From NCBI GenBank assembly GCA_028826165.1, contig JAPDFW010000057.1:62001-126000 (forward strand): a stretch of DNA of 64,000 nt, read 5' to 3'. The stretch comes from Anaeramoeba ignava BMAN. Taxonomy: Eukaryota; Protista; Anaeramoebae. The notes under the pieces are model-generated. The model was not told the DNA's origin. It worked only from the letters and a program-made list of their open reading frames with translations, and did no database searches. The position numbers were made by a program, and so were the translations under genes. This document shows, one piece after another, positions 47,701-61,700 of the stretch (within the stretch, counting starts at the first letter, position 1; each line of letters starts with the position of its first letter).

Positions 47701-48159
47701 AAATTTTGTTATTCCTTGAGTCGCAAGTAAATCAGGATTATTGAAGTATGATTGCAACTCATCCATCCCATCCTTTGTTGCTACAAACCTTTCAGAATGC
47801 TCTTCTACTAGTTTTTGAAGCGCAATTGTGTCGTTGTTGATCACTTTTCGAAGTCGGTTTTTGACGTCTTGAAGCGCTTCGAAATCGTGGTTTTTATAAG
47901 TTAATATAATGTATTTTTTGCAGTCAAAATTCTCGCTTCGTAAGTCTGTTTCCGAAAGGCTTGGCGACTGCTCATTTAATTCGCCCTGCAATCCTTTCAT
48001 CCCAATATATTTTTGATCCAATGAATTCTCGTTTTGGTTCGAATTTTGGGAATTGATATTCATATCAAAATCATAACTAAATCGTGAATTTTCTTTGTAT
48101 TGGATTTGTTTTGCTATTTCTTTAACTTGATCTTCATCAATTTGATCCCAACCAAACAT
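44740..48159 (-). CDS. SEC5: Exocyst complex component Sec5/EXOC2, ~944 aa; exons 47235-48159, 44740-46649
   Basis: Motifs SENFD..Y, LVEEH.ERFV..KD, FLFSLPQQI...FDQVV and the C-terminal IRSYVMELLHELVVVHSEI. The phase-1 intron joins in frame. Confidence 0.85.
46655..47205. repeat. Intronic satellite, 12-bp unit ATATTTAATTCT / ATATTTAATTTA (Sec5 intron 46650-47234)
   Basis: Seen directly. Confidence 0.9.
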
Positions 48160-48302
48160 ATTTTTATTTTCAAATTCACAAAGCAAAAGAATAAGTAAAA
48201 ATTAAGAACAAAAGAAAAAAATGGAAAAAAAAAATGAAAATAAATTTTTCTTCATTTTTTTTTCTTCATTTTTTTTTCTTCATTTTTTTCTTTCTTCATT
48301 TA

Positions 48303-51300
48303 ATGAGCCAACATTGGGAAAAAGTTCAAATCGAAGTAATTATTCTTTTTTAAAAAAAAAAACCAAAGCAAAAACACACTTTAAATTTTACAACATTTTT
48401 TTTTTATTTTGATCCAAAAAATGAAAAAATAAAATCGAAAATGAAAAAATAGTTATTTACCTCTTGGTGTAATAAAGTTCTTTCGAAGAGAAATTTACGT
48501 CTTATTGATTTTGAAACTGATTTTTCTGATGGAGTTCTTCTTGTAAATCTTCTTGAAATTTTAACTGACAAAACAATCAAACATTTCAAAAACCCAACTT
48601 CTGTTTATCAAAAACTTGACAACATAACTCAAGTATTTAAAGTTTTGAAAGAATATAATATCCAAATACTTTGTGCACCTTATGGTTATATTATTATATA
48701 TTATTTTTAAATTCGATATTTTTTTGATTTTCTTATTCTAATTTTTTTCTTTTTTCTCTTCAAAAAAATTTTATTAGATGTTGTAAATGGGAATGTTCCA
48801 AGAATTTTAAGTTTAATTTGGAAAGTTATTCTATTTTTCGATTCAAATCAACGAAGTATTAAGTTCCATTATTCCAAAAAAGTAATTTTTGAATTTAATT
48901 TTTAATTTTGAATTTTTAATTTAATTTTTAATTTTTAATTTAATTTTGAATTTTTAATTTTTAATTTTTAATAGAGTTTAAATTTACATAAGAAACTTAA
49001 TCAAGAAGATCCAAAACAAAATTCATTTAAAAATTCAAAAGAAGATTTATTTAAAAATTCAAAAGAAGATTTATTTAAAAATTCAAAAGAAAATTCATTT
49101 AAAAATTCAAAAGAAGATGAAAACAAGTTCGATAATTTAGATTTAGGATTTGAAGTTCAAGTTGTTGAAGAAGATGATAACGATAATGAAAATGATAATA
49201 ATATTGAAAATGAAAATGATAAGGAAAATAATATTGATAGTGATAAGGAAAATAATAAGGAAAATAATATTGAAAATGATAATAATATTGAAAATGATAA
49301 TAATATTGATAATGATAATGATAATAATAACTCATTCAACTTTAATGATGACGATTTTGTTCTCATCTCTTCGTTTAGCCAATCTCAAATAATCAATGAT
49401 TCCATCCAAGAACAAAAAAATCAAAAAGAAGAACAAATAGAACAAGAAAAACAAACAAAACAAAAAAAACAACGGAATTCACTTGTTGAGGAAATATACA
49501 ATACAGAAAAAACATTTGTTGAAAATATGGAACTTTATCTCAAAATATACTTAAAACCATTACAAAACGAATTTCGAGGATTAATTTCAACAGAACATTT
49601 CAAAATACTTTTTTCACAAGTTCAGGTGATTTTGAATTACAATAAAGAACTTCTCATCGAACTTGAAAAACGTTGGCAAAAGGATAAGTACGAAATGATT
49701 CTTGGAGATCTCTTCCTGCAAATGTCATACTTCTTCAAAACTTACACACAATATGTGACTGATTACAATAATTCATTGGATATTCTTTCTGATCTCAAAA
49801 AGAAAAAATCTTTCGATAAATTCTTAGTTACTCAAAAACAAAAACCAGAAGCAAAAGGATTGGACATCACATCTTTCATGATCCTGCCTGTTCAAAGAAT
49901 CCCACGATATGTGCTGCTCATTCAGAGCCTTTTAGAAAAAACATCTCTTGATCATCCTGATCGAGCCAATCTCGAAAAAGCCTTTTCAAAAATCAAAGAT
50001 GTGGGAGACTATCTCAACGAAAAAAAACGCGAGGCAGAAAACATGCTGCAAGTGATTTGCATTCAATCCATCGTGAAAGGCGTGCAGAATCTGGCTATTC
50101 CTTCGCGTCGGTTTATCCGCGGAGGAAAACTCAAATATTTGAAACGCGGATCTCAAATAATCACATGTTATGTTCATTTGTTTAATGACTCTTTTTTGAT
50201 TTCTCGAGATTCCGGATCCAAATTGGCAATGATTAAATTTGTACCGCTTGGAAGTCACTTCAAAATTGGCGGAGTACTCTCACAAAAATCTATCAGTGTT
50301 TATCCTGAAAAGAGTCCCAAAATTGTTCCCAAAAGTGGATTTTCTTTCTCTATTCATGACAAAGAAAAGACATATCTTTTTTACGCAGAAAATGAAACTC
50401 AACAACTTGAATGGATCATCTCTTTCGATGATATACTCACTAACTATCTTAATTTGCTTACTTCTTTGAGCAAGACAAAACGCAAATTTTCTTTTATTCT
50501 TCATCCTGAAGTTGTTGTTGATTCAGCTATTCAGCAGAATTCAGCCATTTCAAGATCTATAAAGCATGGAACTGTTTTTGAGTACAAAGATATTTCATTT
50601 CTTGAAGAGAGAAAATCACGTATTTTGTATCTCTTACCAAATCATCTTCTTTTTTTCCAATCACAAGATGTATTGAAACCAAAACAATTTAAATTTTATT
50701 TAAAATTGATTTAATTTTGATTTAAAATTGATTTGATTTTGATTTAATTTTGATTTAAAATTGATTTAATTTTGATTTAAAATTGATTTAATTTTGATTT
50801 AATATTGATTTAATATTGATTTAAAATTGATTTAAAATTGATTTAAAATTGATTTAATTTTGATTTAATTTTGATTTAATTTTGATTTAAAATTGATTTA
50901 ATTTTGATTTAATTTTATTTAATTTTGATTTAAAATTGATTTAATATTGATTTAATTTTGATTTAATTTTATTTAATTTTGATTTAAAATTGATTTAATT
51001 TTGATTTAATATTGATTTAGTGTTTGATTTAATTTTGATTTAAAATTCTTGATTTAATTTTGATTTAATTTTGATTTAATTTTGATTTAATTTTGATTTA
51101 ATTTTGATTTAAAATTGATTTAATTTTGATTTAATTTTGATTTAAATTTGATTTAATTTTGATTTAATTTTGATTTAAAATTGATTTAATTTTGATTTAA
51201 TTTTGATTTAATTTTGATTTAAAATTGATTTAAAATTGATTTAATATTGATTTAAAATTGATTTAAAATTGATTTAAAATTGATTTAAAATTGATTTAAA

Positions 51301-54300
51301 TTTGATTTAATATTGATTTAATTTTGATTTAAAATTGATTTAAAATTGATTTAATTTTGATTTAAAATTGATTTAAAATTGATTTAATTTTGATTTAATT
51401 TTGATTTAATTTTGATTTAATTTTGATTTAAAATTGATTTAAAATTGATTTAATATTGATTTAATATTGATTTAATATTGATTTAAAATTGATTTAAAAT
51501 TGATTTAATTTTGATTTAATATTGATTTAATTTTGATTTAATTTTGATTTAAAATTGATTTAAAATTGATTTAAAATTGATTTAAAATTGATTTAAAATT
51601 GATTTAAAATTGATTTAAAATTGATTTAAAATTGATTTAAAATTGATTTAATTTTGATTTAATATTGATTTAATTTTGATTTAAAATTGATTTAAAATTG
51701 ATTTAATTTTGATTTAATTTTGATTTAATTTTGATTTAATATTGATTTAATATTGATTTAAAATTTATTTAATATTGATTTAAAATTGATTTAAAATTGA
51801 TGTAATTTTGATTTAATATTGATTTAATTTTGATTTAAATTTGATTTAATTTTGATTTAATTTTGATTTAATTTTGATTTAATTTTGATTTAATTTTGAT
51901 TTAATTTTGATTTAATTTTGATTTAATTTTGATTTAATTTTGATTTAATTTTGATTTAAATTTGATTTAATTTTGATTTAAAATTGATTTAATTTTGATT
52001 TAATTTTGATTTAAATTTGATTTAAATTTGATTTAATTTTGATTTAATATTAATATAATTTTGATTTAATTTTTATTTAAAATTGATTTAAATTTTATTT
52101 AAAATTGATTTAATTTTGATTTAATTTTAATTTAATTTTGATTTAATATTGATTTAATATTGATTTAAATTTTATTTAATATTGATTTAATTTTGATTTA
52201 AAATTGATTTAATTTTGATTTAAAATTGATTTAAAATTGATTTAATTTTTATTTAAAATTGATTTAATTTTGATTTGAATTTTATTTAAAATTGATTTAA
52301 TTTTGATTTAATTTTGATTTAATATTGATTTAATTTTGATTTAAAATTGATTTAATATTGATTTAATTTTGATTTAATTTTGATTTAATATTGATTTAAA
52401 ATTGATTTAATATTGATTTAATATTGATTTAATTTTGATTTAAAATTGATTTAAAATTGATTTAATTTTGATTTAAAATTGATTTAAAATTGATTTAATT
52501 TTAATTTAATTTTGATTTAATTTTGATTTAATTTTGATTTAAAATTGATTTAAAATTGATTTAATTTTAATATTGATTTAATTTTGATTTAAAATTGATT
52601 TAATTTTGATTTAAATTTGATTTAATATTGATTTAATTTTGATTTAATTTTGATTTAAAATTAATTTAATTTTGATTTAATTTTGATTTAATTTTGATTT
52701 AAATTTGATTTAATTTGATTTAATTTTGATTTAATTTTGATTTAAAATTGATTTAAAATTGATTTAATTTTATTTAATTTTGATTTAAAATTGATTTAAT
52801 TTTGATTTAATTTTGATTTAAAATTGATATAAATTTGATTTAAAATTGATTTAATATTGATTTAATTTTGATTTAATTTTGATTTAATATTGATTTAATA
52901 TTGATTTAATTTTGATTTAATTTTGATTTAAAATTGATTTAATTTTGATTTAATTTTGATTTAATTTTGATTTAATTTTGATTTAATTTTGATTTAAAAT
53001 TGATTTAAATTTGATTTAATTTTGATTTAAATTTGATTTAAATTTTATTTAATTTTGATTTAAAATTGATTTAAAATTGATTTAATATTGATTTAATTTT
53101 GATTTAATTTTGATTTAAAATTGATTTAAAATTGATTTAATTTTGATTTAAAATTGATTTAATTTTGATTTAATTTTGATTTAATTTTGATTTAAAATTG
53201 ATTTAATTTTAATTTAATTTTGATTTAATTTTGATTTAAAATTGATTTAAATTTGATTTAATTTTGATTTAAATTTGATTTAAATTTTATTTAATTTTGA
53301 TTTAATTTTAATTTAAAATTGATTTAATATTGATTTAATTTTGATTTAATTTTGATTTAAAATTGATTTAAAATTGATTTAATTTTGATTTAAAATTGAT
53401 TTAATTTTGATTTAATTTTGATTTAATTTTGATTTAATTTTGATTTAAAATTGATTTAATTTTGATTTAATTTATTTTAATTTTGATTTAATTTTGATTT
53501 AATTTTGATTTAAAATTGATTTAAATTTTATTTAATTTATTTTTACATTTGCTCATAAGTCACAAAAACCTTTGCGCATTTACGATCTTCAAGAATCATC
53601 CATCAGCTTATTCCCAGATATCCCAAACGGATTGAAAATTGTAAATCAAAAATCAATCACATACATCTCTGCACGTAACTCATTAGAAGTTCTTGATTGG
53701 CTGAACATGATCCGAGCGCAAATAGCAGATTCACTAATTGTGGATAAGAAAAACAATCAAGATTTAACAAAATCTTCGTTGTCTCCAAAAATGGACAGGT
53801 TTCAGCTCTCTTTCTCAATGGTTGGCGACTTCCAGGATATAATTCCCACAAATATTAATCAGTTGCGCCGATCAAAACGAACCCGAACTATCCACGAAAT
53901 TCTTGTTGCCAAACAACAAAAAATGACCCAACAAATCCTCCAAAACAATCCAAATTGCGCAGATTGCTGCAAAGAAAACCCCGAATGGGCAAGTCTCGCC
54001 ACAGGAATGATCATCTGCAAAGACTGCGCGTTGATCCATTCTCAAATCCCACAATTCTCAAAAATTCGCAACCTCAAATGCACCCATCATCAAGATCACT
54101 TTATCGAAGAACTTGAATTCATTCTTTCAATCGGAAACACAAAGGGGAACGAAATTTGGGAAGGAAATATCAAGCTACACGAAGGTTCCAAACCAAAATC
54201 CAATTCATCTGTTAAATCAAAGCTTGATTTCATCTATCAAAAATACGTGAATCGAGCGTATTCTCAATCATCAGCCAATTTCCAGCAAGAAAACGAGCAA

Positions 54301-54771
54301 AACAAACAGCAAAATAGTGAAGAAAATCACGCCAATAATTCTCTCCGCAAATTTCTTGGAAAACCGTTGAAAGAGGGGTATCTGGATAAGCAAAGTCAAA
54401 ACCCCGCAAAAGAGAGGAAGAAAAGATATGTTGTTCTTCATAGTCAACATCTTCTATATCTGAAAGACAAGAACTCCTCAGAAATATCCCGTGAAATCGA
54501 CTTGAGTCTTGCTCTTGTTAAACAACACAAATCTTCTTCTCTTCCAAATCAACAATTCGCTATCGAGATTGTTTCCCTCAATCGCTCTTTTATCTTCTTT
54601 GCAAAATCTGGAATTGAAATGTTTGACTGGATCCAAGCAATTCGTCAATCAATCGATTCTCAAAAAAATTTCGAAAATGATCACGATCAAAATGATGATA
54701 ACAATAAAATAATTCTTAAAGAAATTCAATCAAACATGGATTCAGGAAATATTGGGAAAAAACAAATTTGA
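48303..54771 (+). CDS. Multidomain CH - DH (RhoGEF) - PH - PH - ArfGAP-like - PH protein, ~1091 aa; exons 48303-48335, 48453-48684, 48778-48881, 48975-50669, 53560-54771
   Basis: CH motifs WEKVQIELFTSWCN..DFSDGVLLVNLLE; DH motifs EIYNTE and ILPVQRIPRY; zinc finger CADC-x16-CKDC; PH motifs KEGYLDK...W. Splice phases are consistent. Confidence 0.9.
50690..53540. repeat. Intronic satellite, 11-bp unit GATTTAATTTT / GATTTAAAATT, ~2.85 kb (intron 50670-53559)
   Basis: Tandem array seen directly. Confidence 0.96.
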
Positions 54772-54923
54772 TTAAATGATGGATTGAAATATTATTTTTA
54801 ATCTCTTTTTTTATAAACTTGATTGATTAACTTTTATTATCATTTTTTTATTTTTTAAAAAAAAAAGAATTAAAAAAGAGTAAAGAGTGAAGAGTTTTTC
54901 TGTTTCTTCTTTCTAATTAATAA

Positions 54924-57241
54924 TTAATCAAATTTTTCTAAAATGGGGATTTTTGTATAAAAATTAGGATTCACATTTGGATCTTTTTCTGCAAAAAACT
55001 CTTCTTCAGTAAAATTATCAATTAGACTTTGATCCAAATTTTCTTCTTCTTTTTGATTTTGATTTTGATTTTGATTTTGATTTTGATTTTTGTTTTTTTG
55101 GATTGAATAATTGGGTAAATCTTTTTGAGGAGAAAGTACGTTTCCAGCAGTCCAAATCCAGACTGATTTTTGTTCTGAATTGACAATGCGTTGTTCTTTT
55201 GCCACTCGGGAATCTTTTGAGATGAGTGATTCAACTAATGGCCACAAGATCCTTTGCATTTTGGTGTTTCCTGGTTCGATAAATGTATCACGCAAGTGGG
55301 TGATTGCAAAATATGGTTCAATATTTGGATCTTTTTGAGAAAGACTGTATTGTTCATGAAGCATAGAAATGATTTGGTTTGAAATTAAAGAAGCCTCTTC
55401 TTTCAAAAGCATTTTGTTGCGAATTTTGATAGTGAAAACAGAAACAACTGAAAGAAATAGAATCAAGAGAATGACTGCCAGCTTGTGATGCAGAAGATAA
55501 TTCCGGAAATTGCAGTAATAAGGGATATATGGTTGAGGTTGGTATTCTATTTGTGACTCATTAGCATAAAATTGCTTTATTATAATTGAATTCGATTGAC
55601 GAAGTGCTTCTTCGAATGTTTCTTGTGGAAACTGCATTTTGTTTTTTATTGCTTTCTCCAATTTATCACTAGATATTATTTGTGATTGAATGTTGCATTG
55701 AAAAAACGATATTGGATATATTGAATCCAAATACTCTTCAATCTCCATTATGAGAGTATCCACCATCTGATCATTTATCACGCACGATTGGTTGCGTAAA
55801 ATATATCCAGGATAGCACTTCAAATTCCCAGATTCGCATATTGCGTTTTCGGGACAAGGAACGCAATTGCTGTCTTGATTTGGATCCAATACAGTGCTGC
55901 AATATTTCGTTTTATTGATGATATATTTCCAAACAACATAATATCCTGATCCCCCAATAATTCCAATAATCAAAGCGAGAATAAAATATCCTGCCAGTAT
56001 TCTTACTGTTGATGGCCCTTTTCTGCGGATATTTCTTGGAGAAATCTCTGTTTTTGTTGGTGTTTTTTTTTTGAAGATTTTCTGTTCTGGTTTCCTTATG
56101 CTATATTCGGATACATTTGTCTGCTCTTGTTTGTACTCGTATTTTTCTTCCATATTGCTTGGAGATGATTTAAAGTATTTATTTTCATACTCATTCAAAT
56201 AAGGGCTGTATTGTGTATATTCTGTAATTTTTTGTTCGTTTATTTGCTTTCTTGGGGAATTGTCTTGTTGTTTTATTTTGTATGGTTGATTTTTGCGGTT
56301 TCGCAAGTAATTCAATTGACTATTATTTTTTGTTGGTGATTTTTGAGTTTTTTTTGAAGGACTTATATTGATTTTATTTTTATTTTGATTTTCTTGGAAG
56401 TTATATGAATGATTTAAATTTGAAGGACTTATATTGGTTTTATTTTTATTTTGATTTTCTTGGAAAGTTATATGAATGATTTAAATTTGAAGGACTTATA
56501 TTGGTTTTATTTTTATTTTGATTTTCTTGAAAGTTATATGAATAATTTAAATTTGAAGGACTTATATTGGTTTTATTTTTATTTTGATTTTCTTGGAAGT
56601 TATATGAATAATTTAAATTTGAAGGACTTATATTGATTTTATTTTTATTTTGATCTTCTTGGAAAGTTATATGAATAATTTAAATTTGAAGGACTTATAT
56701 TGATATTATTTTTATTTTGATCTTCTTGGAAGTTTTGTTGATAATTTAAATTTTGAGGAGACAATTGAGGCATTTTTTCTTCATATAAAGAGTTTACATA
56801 ATCAATTAAGGGATTTCTTTGGCTGATTTTTTTTTGTATTTTTTGGAGATCAAAATTTTCATTTTCATTTTCATTTTCATTTTGATTTTGATTTTCATTT
56901 TGATTTTGATTTGGGCTTTTTTTTTGGAATTTGAATTTGTTTACTTTTTGTTTTTGTTTTTCAAATTGTTTTTCTATTTCTATTTTTTTTTGCTTTTTCT
57001 GTTTTTGTTTTTCTATTTCTTTTTGTTTTTTCTGTTTTTGTTTTTGTTTTTGTTTTTCTTTTTGTTTTTTTTCTTCTTTTTGTTTTTCTATTTCTTTTTG
57101 TTTTTGTTTTTTCTGTTTTTTTTTAGCTTCTAATAGTTTCTCAACATAAAATTGTTTCTTTTGTTGAGTTGGTGGAAGAATAACACCCATTTGTGAAAGT
57201 TGTGATTTTAATTCTCTAACTGTTAAAGAATTTAGATCCAT
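54924..57241 (-). CDS. Inner nuclear membrane protein of the Man1/Src1 (Heh/LEM2) family, ~771 aa after removing two +1 indels
   Basis: N-terminal HeH/LEM-like MDLNSLTVRELKSQL...KKQFYV, a basic NLS-like region, two TM helices flanking a Cys-rich lumenal domain (CVPCPENAIC..C..GY), and a C-terminal HLRD...W..V..DSRV...W.W domain. 2318 nt minus 2 = 772 codons. Confidence 0.85.
56357..56750 (-). repeat. Coding 66-bp tandem repeat, ~6 copies (NISPSNLNYSYNFQENQNKNKT-like 22-mer)
   Basis: Seen directly. Confidence 0.9.
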
Positions 57242-57589
57242 TTAAATTTTTTAATAAAAATGAAAAATGAAAAATGAAAAATGAAAAAAATTTTTTTTTT
57301 AATTTTTTTCTAATTTAAAATCCTGAAACAAATCAAAATTTAATTTTGGATTTTAAATTTAAAAAAATTATCAACAACATCTTTAATAATAAAAATACTT
57401 TTTTTTTTCTTCTTTTTATTCTTCTTTTTGTTTTTATTTTTTAAATAATATTTTTTGTCTCTCTAAATCAAAGAGAATGAAACAAGATAAATTATAAACA
57501 TAAGATCTCGAGAATGAATAATAAAAGAGCTATTTTACTCATTAAAAGAGAATATTCAGAACAAAATACCACAAATGAAACGAATTTCA

Positions 57590-58680
57590 ATTTCTGATTT
57601 CAATTTAAATTAAATTGATTTTTGAATTAATTTATGAATTTGAATTAATTTTTGAATTTAAATTAATTTTTAAATTAATTTATGAATTGAAATTAATTTT
57701 TAAATTTAAATTAATTTTTGAATTTAAATTGATTTTTGAATTGAAATTAATTTTTGAATTTGAATTGATTTTTGAATTGAAATTAATTTTTGAATTTGAA
57801 TTGATTTTTGAATTGAAATTAATTTTTAAATTAATTTATGAATTTGAATTAATTTTTGAATTTGAATTTAAATTGATTTTTAAATTGATTTTTGAATTGA
57901 AATTAATTTTTGAATTTAAATTAATTTTTGAATTTAAATTAATTTTTGAATTTAAATTAATTTTTGAATTAATTTTTGAATTTGAATTAATTTTTGAATT
58001 TAAATTGATTTTTAAATTAATTTTTGAATTTAAATTGATTTTTGAATTAATTTTTGAATTTGAATTGAATTAATTTATGAATTTGAATTAATTTATGAAT
58101 TTGAATTAATTTTTAAATTTAAATTGATTTTTAAATTGATTTTTGAATTTAAATTGATTTTTGAATTGATTTTTAAATTTAAATTAATTTTTAAATTTAA
58201 ATTGATTTTTGAATTTGAATTGATTTTTGAATTGATTTTTGAATTGATTTTTGAATTGAAATTGATTTTTGAATTAATTTATGAATTTGAATTAATTTTT
58301 GAATTTAAATTGATTTTTGAATTTAAATTAATTTTTGAATTAATTTATGAATTTGAATTAATTTTTGAATTTGAATTGATTTTTGAATTGAATTAATTTT
58401 TAAATTGATTTTTGAATTTGAATTGATTTTTAAATTAATTTTTGAATTTGAATTGATTTTTAAATTGAAATTTATGATTTTGAATTAATTTTTGAATTGA
58501 AATTAATTTTTGAATTTGAATTGATTTTTAAATTTAAATTGATTTTTGAATTTAAATTAATTTTTGAATTGAAATTGATTTTTGAATTTAAATTGATTTT
58601 TGAATTGATTTTTGAATTGAAATTGATTTTTGAATTTAAATTAATTTTTGAATTTGAATTTGAATTGAAATTGAAATCCT
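57590..58680. repeat. Satellite of mixed 6-bp units (GAATTT/AAATTA/ATTTTT), ~1.1 kb, at the 3' end of the ankyrin-RhoGEF gene
   Basis: Seen directly. Confidence 0.9.
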
Positions 58681-58708
58681 GTCTATAAGTTTTCGATAAT
58701 TCTTCCAA

Positions 58709-61700
58709 TCATATCTGATATATCATTGGAGAGAAATCTTTTGCCATCAAAACAGCAATGATTCTCAAATCATTTTCTGAAATGGAGATTTGTGATTTAA
58801 TACGCTCCAAAATCTTGTTCTTCAAAGAATCAGTATTTGATTCAAGAATAAGATACTTGACGGAATGAACAGGAGAGGATTCATCAGTAGAATGTATATA
58901 ATAGCACTGACAATTCCAGAGGAAATAGGGGGAGGAAAGAGGGGGATTTGGAGGAGGTTCTAGATAATCAAAAGTGGTATTTTGTTCTTGAAAAACAATG
59001 TCAGATTTTGGTTGAGTTTTGAGATCATCCTCAGAAAATTCTGTAAAATTTTCAGAGAGAAACTGGAACTCCTGTGATTGGGAATGGATATGTAAGACGT
59101 GCTGGATAATAGCTTGTTTTGTTGCATCTGACAAAGCAGTGCGCCAGGTTTCAATCAGGCGTCGGTTGCTTGAGCTTATACTGAAAGTGCCTTCGGAAGT
59201 GATTATTTTGAAAGAGAAGTAGATCTTGCCACCGAACTGAACACGAGAGGTGTTCTTGACAAACACAGAGATGAGAGGAATCTCTGCCTCGACAGAGAAC
59301 ATGCGCTCGATCTTTGACTTTGTGTTGCAGATGATGAGATAGTCAGAAAAGAGAAATAGATGTTTGAGAGTGGACACTTTAGAGAGAGTTGTGCGATAAG
59401 TGGAGTCTGAGACAAAGGGCTGGCTGAGCGATTGAGAATGAGGGGAGATCTCGCTGTTTGTGCGGACAAAAGGGTTGAGTGTTGGGGTTGAAGTTGTGTG
59501 GGAGTTTTGGATGGAAATAGGAGCGTTTTGGATGGAAATAGGGGAGGATTGGTTGAGAGTGCGTGTAATTGCGGAAATTTGTCCGAATTTGAAGTTTGTT
59601 ATAGAGCGCATATGCACGCCGAGCTTTTTTGGAAGAGTATTTTTGGGAGATATGCTTTTTGGAGATCTGCTTTTTGGAGATCTGCTTTTCGAAGATCTGC
59701 TTTTCGAAGATCTGCTTTTCGAAAAGGTATTTTTTGGAGGGGTGTTGTCGTTCGGCTCGTTTTGGGGAATAAAGGGTGTTTCAATGGGGGTTATTTGTGT
59801 ATGGAACATATTAATGGTATTTCGTTTTGCAGAGTTTGAGAGATTGTATTTTTTATGAAGTTTTTTGTAGAGTTGTGAGTGTCCAGACGGTGACGAAGAT
59901 TTTATTTTTGGGATTGGGGGGAATTTATCTTCAGGATCACTCTGCAGAATACTGAAGATGCTATCTGATGTATTAGCAGACTCTGTGAAGCTATCTGGAT
60001 CGTCGTTGCGGAAGGAAACGCTTGGATGAGGAGAGAAATGCGAATCTGACTCGCTATCATCATCATTGATATTCATGTCGATACCCTTCTGGAAATCGAA
60101 GGCTGAGTTGAAGAGCTGAGAACGACGACGCTCCCTGCGCTTGAGTTTGGATAACAATTTGCGCTTCTTCTTTGTTGTGAAAAGTTGTGGACTGTAGACA
60201 TAGAAATTTGCTTCATCAAGAAGTTTTCGTGAAGGATCTGCAAGAAGATCGAGTTGCAATCCCTTCATCATACGTTGGATTTGAGCAATACGAACCTGTG
60301 TTTCATGACTACGTTTGGATTCGTTGATCTCAATAGCAAATTTTCGAAGAGAAAAGATTGCAATTTGAAGGAAGTGTCTATCGGGATGAGAGTTTGGAGT
60401 CTCTTTCAGAACCTTTTCCAGAAGAAGAGAATACTGCGGGATGCGCTGTACAGGTTTGATTAGAATGGACTGGATCTCGAGCCTGCGGAAGCGCGGATCT
60501 TCTTCGATGCGTCTTGCGAAATTTGCGAAAGAACTATTTTTCATGCATCGTTGAATTGTTGACAGAGAGGCGTCGAAATTGATGTTATATTGAAGATAAA
60601 TGCGCATGGGCGCGACATAATGCATGACAACATTCCCGAGGGTAGAATCGTATGTCCAATTTCTGAATTCGGACTCAAGATGAGCAAGGAACTTGAGGTT
60701 GAGCTGGTATATATCCTCAATGTTAGAGAAGATGAGATCTGATTCTTCTCTTGTGATGATTCTGTTTGAAAGTAACGGGCGCATAACATGTCTTGCAAGA
60801 AGTTCAAGGATTTGCACGTAGCTGCGCTCTGTCTCGAGAATCTCCAAAAACGCGCAAGTGCGTTTGTACTCGAGCTCGAGGATCTGATGGCACTCGGTGT
60901 TTCCTGCTTCTTTTGCAAGCATGTGCGGATACGCGCCGTCTGTATATCCTGTGAGCCTGACACCCGCCTTAAGCAGTGCTATTACGGCCTGCGAATCCCC
61001 CCATAACGCAGCACCTTGTATCGGAGTTAGATTCAGATTACTATTGACGCTCGTGTTTGGTTTGTGCGCAAGAACAGCGCGCACCATTATGAGACTCTTC
61101 ATGTGAATTGAAGCGTTGAGCGGCGTGTTCCCATCGGTATCTCTCAATTCAATCGGACATCCTGCAGTCACAAGTGCATCCAAAAGGTTTGGGCTTTGGA
61201 TATCAATTGCTTGCTTCAATGGAGAATAAACTCCATGGGTCACAAGCAACTGCGCAATATCCACATATCTCCCCTTAACAGCAACGTCTAATGGGGTGTT
61301 TCGATCCAAATCAACAGCCTCAAGTTCCGCATGATATTGGATTAGTTCTCTTGCCGTTTCGAGAAACCCATTTTCACACGCAAGATGCAGCGGAGTCCGT
61401 TCCCGCGCATTTCTCACATTCGGGTTTGCGCCTTTGAGCAGCAGCAACCTCACAGAATCCAATTTACCCTTCTCCGCGCTGATGTGCAGAGGCGTGTTTT
61501 TTGATATGTTCTCCGCATCAAGTTTCCCTCCTGCCTTCTGGATCCACGCAACAAACTCAAACTTCTGCGTAATTGCCGCAAAGTGGATCGGTTGATTTCC
61601 GTCTTTGTCCTGAATATCAAGCTCCACATGCGCATCCAGAAGTAGCTTTGAACACTCCAGCTTCTGGTTATGTTTAATCGCAAGATGGAACGGAGACAAT

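Noticed and set aside
56357-56750. CRISPR-like array
   Set aside because: Head-to-tail 66-bp units with no unique spacers, inside a eukaryotic CDS, with no cas genes.
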